A stretch of DNA of 64,000 bases from Diplonema japonicum (Eukaryota > Protista > Euglenozoa: Diplonemea): assembly GCA_964019335.1 (NCBI GenBank), contig OZ025700.1, forward strand, positions 186,001-250,000. The letters are read 5' to 3'. This document shows positions 22,871 to 33,797 of this stretch, piece by piece. The notes beneath the pieces are model-generated. The model made no database searches and had not been told where the DNA came from. It saw nothing but the letters and a program-made list of their open reading frames with translations. The translations under genes and the position numbers were made by a program. Position 1 is the stretch's first letter, and each line of letters starts with the position of its first letter.

Positions 22871-23245
22871 ATTTTAAAAAAAAAAAGGAAATAAAAGTTT
22901 CCCCCGTAGGTTATCTGAGTATGGGTATTTCTTTTTTTTTTTCTTTTTTTTTTTCGCAGCAACACGAAAAAAAAAAAAAAAAAAAAAAAAAAACATCAAG
23001 GGATTAGTAGAAAAAAATACTATCAAAAACAAAGCAGGGAGATAAATAGAGAGGACAACATTGTTGTTTTTTTTTTTTTTTTTCTTTTTCTTTTTCTTGT
23101 GATCAAAAGAAAAAAAAAAAAAAAGAAAAAAAACACAAAGAAAAAAAGAAGGAAAGAAAAAACAAAAGAAATATCTGTTTCTTTTTTTTTTCTTTTCTTC
23201 TTTTTTTTAAAATTTCTGGGGGAAGGCGGAGGGGAAAAAAAAAAA

Positions 23246-23392
23246 GAAAATCCCCGCAAGAAATTGACCAGCGATGGGCATCGGAACTTGGCATAAACTA
23301 GCTGCGGGGGGCAAGGAGGCAGTAAGGAAGAGGATACATAAAATCGTCGTATGAAGGCTGTTAGGTGTCTTTCAAATAAGAAGAAGAGGAAT
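23246..23392. repeat. 147-bp intergenic block identical to 20661-20807
   Basis: Base-by-base comparison shows no differences. Confidence 0.9.
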
Positions 23393-23400
23393 GAACAAAT

Positions 23401-23437
<37 letters not shown>

Positions 23438-23506
23438 GCAGTGGTTCTCCTTTTTTTTTTCAAAAAAAAAAAAAAAAAAAAAAGAACTAAGAGGATACGT
23501 TCCCAC

Positions 23507-25459
23507 TTACTGCTGGACGGCTTTCTTGCTCTTGTAAACAAGCACGCCCCACGTCAAAATTCGGTACATGAAGGCGAAGCACACAAGGACACTAAATGAC
23601 CTCGCGACAGAGGCATCGCCCACACCCGCATCTTCCAAAACCTGATCGCCATACGTAAACGTGACATTGGGATCACTGGCGTTGACATCAAGCGTGCGGC
23701 CATCGAACTCATTGACCACCGCACCCTCATACGTCCACTTTATGTTGGAAATGTGTTCAAACCACCGCAGCCAAACAGGAATATCCTGGACGTAAAACCC
23801 GGCAACTAGAAGAAACGGCATTTGAATCAAAGGCCCGAGAAGAACAGCGAGATCGACACTAGGAGACGCAGCAGACACAAAAAGCCCCAACGACTGCGCC
23901 ACAAAACATGTCATTACAATCAACGCCGTCAGAGTAAAGAACGCTTCAGCCGTATCCCTCAAACCCACCATCCAGTAAGGGATTACGACATATATCAAAG
24001 GGAACACCAACGCAAAGGGTATTTCCACAAATGTTTTTGCGAGGAAGTGCGCTGTGATGCTGTACATAGAGGCGTGTGTCTCCCTCATGACCAAGTCGAG
24101 CTCTATGGGGAAGGTATGCACCACTGCCATCATAGGCATGAAGGACATGTTCACAGCCAGATTCAAGATTACCCCTCGCTTACCGAACACCCCCTGAGCG
24201 TCGTCGTCTTGGTTGAAGAAAACACCTCCTATGAGAAGCCCCAGGATGACTGACTGTGCTGCCCTTGAGTAAGACAGTCTTGGGTTTCTTAACATGTTCG
24301 TCCATGACCTTATGGCGAGGACCGACATCTGTTTCCGGAACCCTACCGCGTAGCCGGAGTACTCCTCCATGTCCTTCTTCATCTGTGTTTCCTCCTCCTT
24401 CCCGCCCTTCGGGGTGTTGGGTGGAGCGTCATCCACCGCAAGGTACGGTGTTACGTCCATCTTCGCCCATTCATCCGCCGCCATCTCCGAGAAGCTGCTC
24501 CCTGTCCCCACCAGCCCTCTCAACGACGCTACTGATCCTTCCGCGTTGCCCTTTCTCAGAAGCTTCATGTAGAAGTCAGGTGGGTTGCTGTATGTTGGGC
24601 AGGTGTACCCAATGTTCTTGAAGTATTCCATTGACTTGTCTGCGGCCCCGCAGTACACCACACGGCCCATTGCAAGGAGGAGGAGTTGAGTGAACCTGTT
24701 GAATATATGCGATGATGGTTGATGGATGGTGCAGATAACAGTGCGTCCTGCCTCTGCAAGCTCTCTTAAGGTGTCGATAACGGCCTCTGCTGTGTACGAG
24801 TCGAGGCCTGTTGTGGGCTCGTCGAGAAGCAGGATGTCAGGGTCGGGGATCAGAACAAGACCGATCGCCACCCTCTTCCTCTCCCCTCCGGAGATCCCAC
24901 GGCCACTAGAGCCCATGGCGCCGATCATGCTGTCAGCCACCATCTGAAGACCGAGCTCAGCGATGATATCATCCACACGCTGAACACGTTCCTCCACAGT
25001 GGTGGACTCAGGGAGCAGCAGGTTCGCGGCGAAGGTGAGTGCCTCTCTGACTGTCTGGGTGCCCATGAGCTTGTCGTCCTGCATGACGTAGCCAAGACGC
25101 CTCTGCATGGGGATCGTGCGGTAGTCCTTCCCATTCACCCTCACCATCCCCTCGCTCGGTGTGATCCTGTTCGCAAGCACGTTCAGCATCGTTGTCTTCC
25201 CTGCACCGGTCGAGCCCATGATGGCGGTGAGGGACTTCGGCGGGATCGTGAGGTTGATGTCCTGAAGGAGGGTTCTTGTGGTGGATATTTTGCCCCCATC
25301 AGGGTCGGGGATCGTCACGTCGTACACCACATTCTCCACAGAGATCCTTTGCAGCTCTCTTGAGGATTTCTGCAGAACGATACCTTTGCCGCTCGTTGCA
25401 GGGCTGGGCGGGGTTGGAAGAGCGGGCGCCTCTTCGTTGATGGGCTCGTGTTGGGTCAT
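23507..25459 (-). CDS. ABCG half transporter, copy 6
   Basis: Same motifs as copy 5. Confidence 0.95.
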   Translation of the reverse strand: MTQHEPINEEAPALPTPPSPATSGKGIVLQKSSRELQRISVENVVYDVTIPDPDGGKISTTRTLLQDINLTIPPKSLTAIMGSTGAGKTTMLNVLANRITPSEGMVRVNGKDYRTIPMQRRLGYVMQDDKLMGTQTVREALTFAANLLLPESTTVEERVQRVDDIIAELGLQMVADSMIGAMGSSGRGISGGERKRVAIGLVLIPDPDILLLDEPTTGLDSYTAEAVIDTLRELAEAGRTVICTIHQPSSHIFNRFTQLLLLAMGRVVYCGAADKSMEYFKNIGYTCPTYSNPPDFYMKLLRKGNAEGSVASLRGLVGTGSSFSEMAADEWAKMDVTPYLAVDDAPPNTPKGGKEEETQMKKDMEEYSGYAVGFRKQMSVLAIRSWTNMLRNPRLSYSRAAQSVILGLLIGGVFFNQDDDAQGVFGKRGVILNLAVNMSFMPMMAVVHTFPIELDLVMRETHASMYSITAHFLAKTFVEIPFALVFPLIYVVIPYWMVGLRDTAEAFFTLTALIVMTCFVAQSLGLFVSAASPSVDLAVLLGPLIQMPFLLVAGFYVQDIPVWLRWFEHISNIKWTYEGAVVNEFDGRTLDVNASDPNVTFTYGDQVLEDAGVGDASVARSFSVLVCFAFMYRILTWGVLVYKSKKAVQQ

Positions 25460-26166
25460 TTTCTTTTTTTCCCCCTTTGGATTTCAGGATAAACTGAAAT
25501 ATAACGTTCTACCACATCGACACGTAGAGAAGGAATACACGAATGAAAAGATAATATAATTTTATGGGGGCAAGCCGAAAGTGCTGTGGCTGTGGGTCTC
25601 GACTGCCTTACGTGCTGGCGCCGGGTGGCAATTCGAAGAAGGTATTGAAAGGCGGGGGAGGGGGGAGGGAGGGGGAGAAACACGTAAACTGGGTCTTTTT
25701 TTCTTCTTCTTCTTTTTTTAAACAGCAACAACAAAAGAACAAAATAAGCTAGATAAGGAGTGGTGGGGCCAATTCCTTTTTATTTGTGGAGGGGGGTGAG
25801 AGGTTCAAAACAAAAACACACACGTTCTGTAAAAGGCGACTCTTTACCGGATATTGCTTTTTTTTTTTCTCTTCTTTTTCCCTTTCTTTTTTTGTTCGCC
25901 TTCCCCCCCCGCCCTCTCGTAATTTCACATATTCCCTTCGTAATGCCAATGTGACACAAGCATTCGGGAAGAAGAAAGAAAAGAAAAGAAAGAAAAAACT
26001 TGAAGGTTAAAACTTGATTTGAGCCCTACAAACCGTTGGACATTACATAAACAACATGAGAAAGAAGAAGAGAAAGAAAGAGGGGAAAAAAGAAAAGAAA
26101 AAAAAACGGTGATCCGTGTGAATGAATTGATCGAGCTAACTTCTCCCGCCTTTCCTTTCCCTCCCT

Positions 26167-28101
26167 CTACTGTTGAACCTTCTTTTTGCTTTTCCACATC
26201 AGAAGCACCCATGTTAGAAATCTCAGTAGCACAGTGTAGCTGATCAAGATAGCAAAGGTTCTACCAATGGATGCGTCTGTAATGCCCAGCTGGTCGATGA
26301 CCTCGTCGCCGTTGGTGAAGGTGGCGTTTTCAGTGGTGATGTTCACATCGAGAACACGGTCCTCAAACTCGTTGACTGCAGCACCCTCGAACGACCACTT
26401 GATGAAGGAGCAGTGCTGAAGCCACTCCAACCATGTGGGGATGTCCTGCACGAAGAACCCAGCAAGCAACATGAACGGAAGGAAGATCAACGGCCCGAGA
26501 AGGATCGCCAGCTCCAGCGTCGGGGCCGCTGCGGAGATCAACAACCCAAACGACTGTGCCACCAACGACGTGCAAATCACCAACGCCGCAAGCGTCCAGA
26601 ACGCCTCCGCACTGTCCCTGAACCCGATCATCCAGTACGGGATGGCCAGGAACAGAACAGGGAAGAACACCATGAAAGGAAGCTCAACAAACGTTTTCGT
26701 CAGAAAATGTGCTGTGACACTGTACAGAGATGCTTGTGATTCCCTCATCACCAGCTGCATCTCGACGGGGAAGGAGTGCAGCACACCCATCATAGGAAGC
26801 ATCGACTGGTTCACGATGATGAAGAACAACGCGCCCTGCTTCGCACGCACGCCGAGCGTGTCGTCGTCAAGGTCGAAGAACACACAGCCGATCAACAGTC
26901 CTAAGAACACAGCCTGCACCACACGCGCCTTCGACAGCGCAGGGTTCCGCAGCATGTTTCTGAATGTCCTGCCCGACAGTGCTGAGAGCTGCCTCCCGAA
27001 CCCCACTGCGTAGCCGGAGTACTCTCTCATGTCGTGTTCCCTCTGAAGGTCCTCGACATCCTGTGCTTCCTTCCCATACGGGGTGTCAGGAGGGGAGTTG
27101 TCCGCAGGGAGGTACGGTGTTACATCGCACTTTAACCACTCCCCGGCAGCCATCTCCGAGAATGCGTTCCCGGAGGCTGCATCCTCCCTTAGTGACGCTG
27201 CCTTGTCGGCTCCGACACCTGTTCGGAGAAGCTTCATGTAGAAGTCAGGGGGGTTGGTGTAGGTGGGGCAAGTATAACCGATCTGAGTGAAATAATCCAT
27301 CGACTTGTCGGTGTCCCCGCAGTACACCACACGGCCCATTGCAAGGAGGAGGAGTTGAGTGAACTTCTTGAAAATCTGCGATGATGGTTGATGGATGGTG
27401 CAGATAACAGTGCGTCCTGCCTCTGCAAGGTCGGACATCGTGTCAATCACAGACTCTGCTGTGAAGGAGTCGAGGCCTGTTGTGGGCTCGTCGAGAAGCA
27501 GGATGTCAGGGTCGGGGATCAGAACAAGACCGATCGCCACCCTCTTCCTCTCCCCTCCGGAGATCCCACGGCCACCGACAGCGTTCGACCCGATCATGCT
27601 GTCCGCCACCATCTGAAGACCGAGCTCAGCGATTATGTCATCCACACGCTTGGCACGCACCTCCACAGTGGTGGACTCAGGGAGTTGTAGATCAGCAGCG
27701 AAGGTGAGTGCCTCCCTGACTGTCTGGGTGGGCATGAGCTTGTCGTCCTGCATGACGTAGCCAAGACGCCTCTGCATGGGGATCGTGCGGTAGTCCTTCC
27801 CATTCACCTTCACCATTCCCTCGCTCGGTGTGATCCTGTTCGCAAGCACGTTCAGCATCGTTGTCTTCCCTGCACCGGTCGCTCCCATGATGGCGGTGAG
27901 CGATCTCGGCGGGATCGTGAGGTTGATGTCCTGAAGGAGGGTTCTTGTGGTGTGTGCCTTGCCCCCATCAGGGTCGGGCACGTCCACTACGTATTTCACA
28001 TTCTCCACCCGAATCCTCTGTCGCTCCCTCATGGACTTCTGGACGGCAAGACCTCTGCTGCTGGCTAAGCTAGCGGCGTCATCCACGGGCTCGTGCGCCA
28101 T
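26167..28101 (-). CDS. ABCG half transporter, copy 7
   Basis: Same motifs; membrane domain closest to copy 1. Confidence 0.95.
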   Translation of the reverse strand: MAHEPVDDAASLASSRGLAVQKSMRERQRIRVENVKYVVDVPDPDGGKAHTTRTLLQDINLTIPPRSLTAIMGATGAGKTTMLNVLANRITPSEGMVKVNGKDYRTIPMQRRLGYVMQDDKLMPTQTVREALTFAADLQLPESTTVEVRAKRVDDIIAELGLQMVADSMIGSNAVGGRGISGGERKRVAIGLVLIPDPDILLLDEPTTGLDSFTAESVIDTMSDLAEAGRTVICTIHQPSSQIFKKFTQLLLLAMGRVVYCGDTDKSMDYFTQIGYTCPTYTNPPDFYMKLLRTGVGADKAASLREDAASGNAFSEMAAGEWLKCDVTPYLPADNSPPDTPYGKEAQDVEDLQREHDMREYSGYAVGFGRQLSALSGRTFRNMLRNPALSKARVVQAVFLGLLIGCVFFDLDDDTLGVRAKQGALFFIIVNQSMLPMMGVLHSFPVEMQLVMRESQASLYSVTAHFLTKTFVELPFMVFFPVLFLAIPYWMIGFRDSAEAFWTLAALVICTSLVAQSFGLLISAAAPTLELAILLGPLIFLPFMLLAGFFVQDIPTWLEWLQHCSFIKWSFEGAAVNEFEDRVLDVNITTENATFTNGDEVIDQLGITDASIGRTFAILISYTVLLRFLTWVLLMWKSKKKVQQ

Positions 28102-28599
28102 GGTTTACTTCTTTCCCTTTTCTCCCTGCACCTGAGAAGCATTCATTCTGGAGTATTGCGTAACTGACCAAAACCAATAATCAACTAAAAGAAAAAAAAA
28201 AGATTTGTGGTGGGGAAACGAAGGCTCAAAAAAGAAAAAAAAAGAAAATCAGGGAGGGAAAAAAAAGGGGGGGAAAGAGACCGAGATAAAAATATTAAAA
28301 AAAAAAAAAAAAAAAAAAACACTAGCTTTCCCCCACTTTTCTACGCTGTAAAAAGCTTTGGCGTTTTTTTTTTTTTTTTTTTTTTTTTTTTCCTTTCTTT
28401 TTTTTAAATCATCTTTTTCCGCCTCTAAGAAAAAAAAAATAACGGGTCAGGAATAAAGAAAAAATGAGGAAATAAAACTAATCAGGGAGGGGAGGGGTTG
28501 GGGGTTTTTTTAAAAAAAAAAAAAATTAAAAAAAAAAAACGGGGAATGATCAACACTTCAACTAAAAATTGCTTCTTTCTTTTTTTTTTTTTTCTCCTT

Positions 28600-29199
28600 C
28601 TAAGCCTCGGTCTTGGGCTCAGCTGCGGGGGGCTCCTCGTCATCAGAGTCACCTTCAGCACCGGCACCAGCACCAGCACCGGCCATGAGCTCAGACATGT
28701 CGGGCATGCCTTCACCACCCATACCGGGCATGCCACCCATGCCACCCATACCTCCCATCTGGGCCATCATCTGCTGCATGTCCATGCCACCCATACCACC
28801 AGGCATGCCACCCATGCCACCCATGTCACCCATGCCACCGGGCATGCCTCCGAACTCACCGCCAGCGTCCGCACCGTCCAGCTCATCCTCGTCCACCCAC
28901 CTGGACCAGTCGATCTTCACGTTGTTCATCTTCTTCTTGGTAAGGCTGTTCCAGTAGGGACCCTCCTCCTTCTTCTTCATCTTGATCTGCACCTCCCTCA
29001 TGGTGTTCACAAAGGAAGATTCCTCAGGGATGACCTCGTTCTTAAGCTCCAGCTTCATCGTCACGTCGTTGCCCCCGACCTTCGCCTTGAATTCAAACGC
29101 CTCGGCTTCGAAGTTAACTGCGACATCCGCGGCGTCCACCACCTGTATGGTCACCATCAGCACATCAGGTCTCTCTGCCCACACGGTTTGGGGTGCCAT
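28600..29199 (-). CDS. p23/Sba1 Hsp90 co-chaperone (CS domain) with GGM-repeat acidic tail
   Basis: PQTVWAER...WNSLTKKK...VKIDWSRWVDEDE followed by (GGM)n. Confidence 0.9.
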   Translation of the reverse strand: MAPQTVWAERPDVLMVTIQVVDAADVAVNFEAEAFEFKAKVGGNDVTMKLELKNEVIPEESSFVNTMREVQIKMKKKEEGPYWNSLTKKKMNNVKIDWSRWVDEDELDGADAGGEFGGMPGGMGDMGGMGGMPGGMGGMDMQQMMAQMGGMGGMGGMPGMGGEGMPDMSELMAGAGAGAGAEGDSDDEEPPAAEPKTEA

Positions 29200-29513
29200 T
29201 TTTTTTTTTTTTTTAAATGCTGTTGGGGGGGGGGGGTTTTTTTGTAGTTTTAAAAGCTCCAGGATTGACCAGGGGTCTTGAAGATTTGGGCGTTAAAAAA
29301 GATGCCTTTGAAGGGAGCCTGCAGTGTGTGCCAGATCACATCTTTTGTTTGATTCTTCTTGAAATAAGAAAAAAAAAAAAGAAAACCACATCGAAAAGGA
29401 ATATAAAAGAAAAACAAAAACTGAACTGAACAAAAAGACGAGGGGATAAAAACTTTTTTTTTAAAAAACCAACGAGGGAATAAAATACTGTACGTGAAAG
29501 GGAAAAAAAAAAA

Positions 29514-29961
29514 GTTGTCTCGATTTTAGTGGTGCCATGCAGTATGTGACACAGCGGCCACCCTTGTGAAACTTCGCCCCGAAGCCTCCCAAGTCCCCTG
29601 TGGTCCCGCAGAAAGTAAAAGTGGAGAGGTAAAGAAAGCTTAGAAATTGAAATAGGGAGAGGGGCCACAGAAGCAATTAAACACCAACTAGAGAGTTGTG
29701 GGAGGCTTGCTTCACTGGCACGATGCCGCGGGGAGGCTACTTGCCTGACCTGGTGAAGCCACCTCCTTGTTCGATGTAATGGGATAAGGGACTCTCCGTT
29801 GAGGGCGATGCTAACTGGCGCCACGCGTAGGGTGGGCTCTCCACCCCCGTCCAGGTTTCCCCACGTGTACGGCTTTAGAACGAGAGTTTCCCTTTCGCTT
29901 GTGTTTCTCCAAACCACAATTACCAGGAACCACCACAGGGAGGTTGGAAACATTGGTTCCC
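29514..29961 (-). mobile_element. ~450-nt structured non-coding element B headed by an HDV-like ribozyme (possible non-autonomous retroposon or LINE 5' UTR remnant)
   Basis: Homopolymer-free GC-richer island between A/T tracts, beginning at the ribozyme G1, with internal hairpins (GGGUGG/CCACCC, GGAGGUGGCUU/AAGUAGCCUCC). Only one copy in this window. Confidence 0.5.
29886..29961 (-). ncRNA. HDV-like self-cleaving ribozyme B
   Basis: P1 GGGAACC/GGUUCCU (G1-U wobble); P2 GUUUCC/GGAAAC; P3 ACC/GGU; L3 UCCCUGU; P1.1 CC/GG; P4 UUGU(G)GUUU-GGAG-AAACACAA; J4/2 GCGAA, identical to genomic HDV, candidate catalytic C at 29897. Confidence 0.85.
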
Positions 29962-30277
29962 CAAAAAAAAAAAAATATATATCGGACTGACAAAATGTCC
30001 ACATGAACTCTCACCAGCCTGACAAATTCCAAAATAAAAACAAAAGAAAGCACCTCCAGTGGCCTTCAAGAAAGGGACGCCTGACCTTGAAAAAATAGAA
30101 GAAGTAAGACTCAAACATTTCCCCCCCCCTTCATTTTTTTTTACAGCAAAACTTCCCACGCATTGTTTTTTTCTTCACTTTCGTTCTCCTCTCCTTCCAA
30201 GAAAATAGCCCCTAAAGAGACCAATAAAACATCAAAAAAAAAAAATCTATTCTAAGGGAAACTCGGTAAGGAAAACA

Positions 30278-30325
<48 letters not shown>

Positions 30326-30331
30326 CCCCTT

Positions 30332-33300
30332 TCAAAGCAATGTATGCGTAATGGCTGTGTACGCGGACGAGGTCAGCGCGGCAGCCACAGCAACACGGTA
30401 GATATCGGTGAGTATATCCAATCGTGGGGGGGTAAAGGACATAAGCCGGGAACCAGGCCGTGGTGGCCGAGTGCTTTGCTTGCTTGGCGAAGTCCGAGAG
30501 TCAGGAGTTCTTGTACGCACAGAAGAAGGGCTAAGGCTAGGCGCAGTCAGGTTCAAAGTCATGAAGTCCCCTGGGTCCCCCATTTCGCTCTCCGGCTCTG
30601 CACACGTATGCTCCACCTCAAACACCTCACTGAGGAACCCGTGATCGAGCAAATCTTCAGCAGACGGCCGCTCCCTCGGATTGAACTTGAAACAGCTTTT
30701 CATAAACCCCGAACAAGACGGAGGCAGCCCTTCCGGGATAGGCGGTATCTCCTTTGCAGAAGCTATCCACATCGCCAGCGCCATATGATTCGTCTCACCC
30801 TTTAATTTTTCTTTTTTTTAAATTTTATATCCCCCCTCCCCCCAAATACCTTTTCCATCATCCGTTGTACCCAAGGCAGGGCACCGGTCAACATTTCAAT
30901 CATGGTACATCCCAATGCCCACATGTCGCTGCTGTATGAGTACAGACCTTCTTTTATAACCTTTTTTTTTTTATGAAAAAAAAAAAAAAAAAAAAAAAAA
31001 AAAGCATACCTCGGGTGCAAAGAAAAGCACCGTTCCTTTCAGTCCCGATTTTGCCATGCTTGACGGTTCGACTAGGAATTTTGACGCGCCGAAGTCCCCC
31101 AGTTTGACACCACCCCTGTCGTCGCAGAAGATGTTGTCGCCTTTGATGTCTCTGTGGATTATGTTGTTCGAGTGGAGATAGCTAAGCCCCGCGAGGATTT
31201 GCCGGGTGAAGCCTTGAACAATGGTGGTCTCAAGACCACGGTTTGTCCCCCCATAGGTGCGTGCCATAGCAGCTACGGAACCTCCCGCCATGTACTCCAT
31301 GATTATGTAGACGTAGTCGGGGCCGCGGTACGTCCCTTGTAGCTTAACGATGTTTGGGTGGTCGAGCTGCTTCAACATTTCAATTTCCGACTGCATTTGA
31401 ACAGCGGTTCTCGCGTCTTGATCGTTCACAAATATTTTCTTCACGGCGTAGGTCCTACCGCTTTGATCCAAAGCTGCGTACACTGTTCCGTAGGTGCCCC
31501 TTCCCAACAGCTTGCCCCGCGTCCATTTTAAGTCGCTTATGTTTTCGTCGTCGAGGGCTACTTCTTTTTGAGGTTTTGGTTCCATCTTTTCCATCTTCCC
31601 GGCTGAGGAAGGTGGTGTTCTTGAACCGGTTTCAATTGGATTTTCCGTAACAATGATTTTCCTTGTAGTGCCCGGGTGGCCCTCGTAGTGTTTGATGAAG
31701 GATTCGAAGTGCGCTTCGGACATCAGCAACAACTCGTCCCCGTCATCGTCGACCCATTTGATGGTCACGCCTTGTTTGAAAACGCTTCCTTTGACACGGG
31801 GAAGCAGGGTTTCGGTGTGTTTTGCCAGTGTGTCTAAGAACACTTCCCAACCGTCTTCTGTGTGAAACACGACGAGCACGGTTTCTCCGTTTGCAGACAC
31901 TTTTAAACGAATGTCATATGAAGGCATGGATTTCTTTGGAGAAGGTGTCCGCAGCCCCACTGCCAGCGACCCCGATCCCCCGCTTGACGTTGTCGTTGCA
32001 GTTGCTGTTGAGTAGTTCAAAGACAAATCGTCCGACGGGAGCTCCCGTATCGTGATGGTGGGTTCCTCAACAGGTACGACTGTTTTCCCGTTCGGAGCAT
32101 CTGCTGGCGACAACAACTGTGCTTGCATGATGCCCCCCGCGTGGTGGATTAACGGAGACAGTGTCTCTGCAGCTTGCGAAAGCCCGGCCAACGCGTGGGT
32201 TCGTATTTTCTGCGCAGAAAGACCACCGAAATGCTTCAATTTGGCAGACAATTCACCAGACAGACACCCTGGTGATCCCAAGAACACATCAGGCGGTTTT
32301 GTAATATCCGGTGGGCTTTCCAATGCTGAAAAACACACTATTATGGAGCCCACTATTGCGGACGACACTACCGCTGTTCGCCTCAAGGCGTCACCATCGA
32401 TGAAGATGAACTTCGTTGCTGGGAAGCAGTCTTTGAGTTTGGCAGCCGCGGAGTCCATGCCAGCGACACCGCCCCACACTGCCACAGTGCCTTGGTGAAA
32501 ACATGTGGAATGGTATCCAAGTGCAGCGCCTGGTGCTTTCATGAGAACCACGCTGTCGCAAGTGTCGAGGCGGAGTTCTATGACCATGTTGCCTTCTTCA
32601 GAAGGAGCCAGGTTGATGTTGTCATGCCCGCCGATGACAAGCAGTGTTGTTCTGTTCAGCATTGTTAAGGAATGCGTCATCCGTCTCGGGATGCCGTGGA
32701 TCAAAACCCGCCGCCACGCGAACGAAAGCGTTTTAAGTTCCGACCCAGAGGACGCCTCGAGGATCCATAAATCATCGAGAACTTCCTCAGACGGGCCCAT
32801 ACCACCATATACAGCAATGCCCTTATGAGGAAGGGAAGTAGAGGCGTGCGATATCCGTGGAGGTGGCTCCATACTCCCAATGTGGTAATCAACATGAAGA
32901 CAGGTGGAGACGTCAAAGAACTCCGTGCAGGAAATGCAATACAATCCAGAGTCGCGTAACCTCACATCCTTCGGGGATTGCGAAGGACCCAGACCACCGT
33001 ACACCACAATGAGCGATCGGCTGTCGATAGACACGGTGTTGGAGGTATGCTGCATTCTTGGGATTGGGTGCCGGTCGTTGGGTTGTGACACAAATTCGTG
33101 TTCGATAGATAAGGAAGGCTCGATTTCGAGTTTCATTACAAGGAACACGCGGAGGATGCCGTTGGCACCTAGGCCCCCTATGAGAGCTATTCGAGAGTCG
33201 TCCATTACCGCGGCGGAATGAGCGCACACGGCAAAGGGGAGTTGTTTGCACCGTGCCTCTTTGGGGTCGTTCAAAGAATGTACTATGATATCCCTTACAA

Positions 33301-33550
33301 GGTATGTCTCGTTGGTGGGGGCAGCTAGTCGGTCGGAGTTGCTTTTGGTTGTGTCGCAGCGGTTGCCTCCCAGAGTCACAAGATACCCTCCTTCTTCGCC
33401 TCCTGTCATCAGCAGCTGCGTCCGGTGCATCACTCGTGGCTTCTTTAACAATATGAACCTTTTCAGCTGCAGTTTTCCCGTCCTTGTGTCCAGTTCTATC
33501 CCGTCCCCATCTTCTGCTGCCACGATTCGTGTTCGTTTCCAGTTTGACAT
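30332..33550 (-). CDS. STE11/MEKK-like MAP3K with N-terminal Kelch repeats and a PB1 domain; introns 30961-31009 and 30800-30849
   Basis: Kelch GG repeats (VVYGG, AVYGG, LVIGG); PB1 acidic motif IKWVDDDGDELLL; kinase motifs GRGTYG, AVKK, HRDIKGDN, DFG, APE|VIKEG...SDMWALG. Splicing restores the C-lobe. Confidence 0.9.
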
Positions 33551-33797
33551 TTTATTTTTTTTTTTTAACTTTTCAAAAAAAAAAAAAAAAAAAAGAAAAA
33601 AGGGCGAGTGCCCTTAAGTGGGGATGCCCCCACTCTGTCATTTTTTTTTGAGTTGTTTTTGTGGTTTTTTAAGAATTACCGGGAAGAAAACGTGGGGGGG
33701 GTGGGGGGTAAATGTATAACAACAAAAAAAGGCCCCCAGAAAAAAAAATAATGGGGGATCGGTCTTTTTTTTTTTTGTGTGTTTTCTATCTTTTTCC

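Noticed and set aside
25583-25653. Plus-strand HDV-like look-alike (GCC-TTACGTGCT-GGC-GCCGGGT-GG-CAA)
   Set aside because: L3 lacks the CC needed for P1.1, P1 needs a bulge, there is no catalytic C in J4/2, and P2 is poor. At best a decayed relic.
29514-29900. RNase P/MRP, SRP or telomerase RNA interpretation of element B
   Set aside because: The P4-like pairing is incomplete, the SRP helix-8 hairpin is missing and there is no CCCTAA template. The HDV fold explains the 5' end much better.
29336-30004. 222-aa minus-strand ORF
   Set aside because: Non-ATG start, poly-F ends, no motif; overlaps the ribozyme element.
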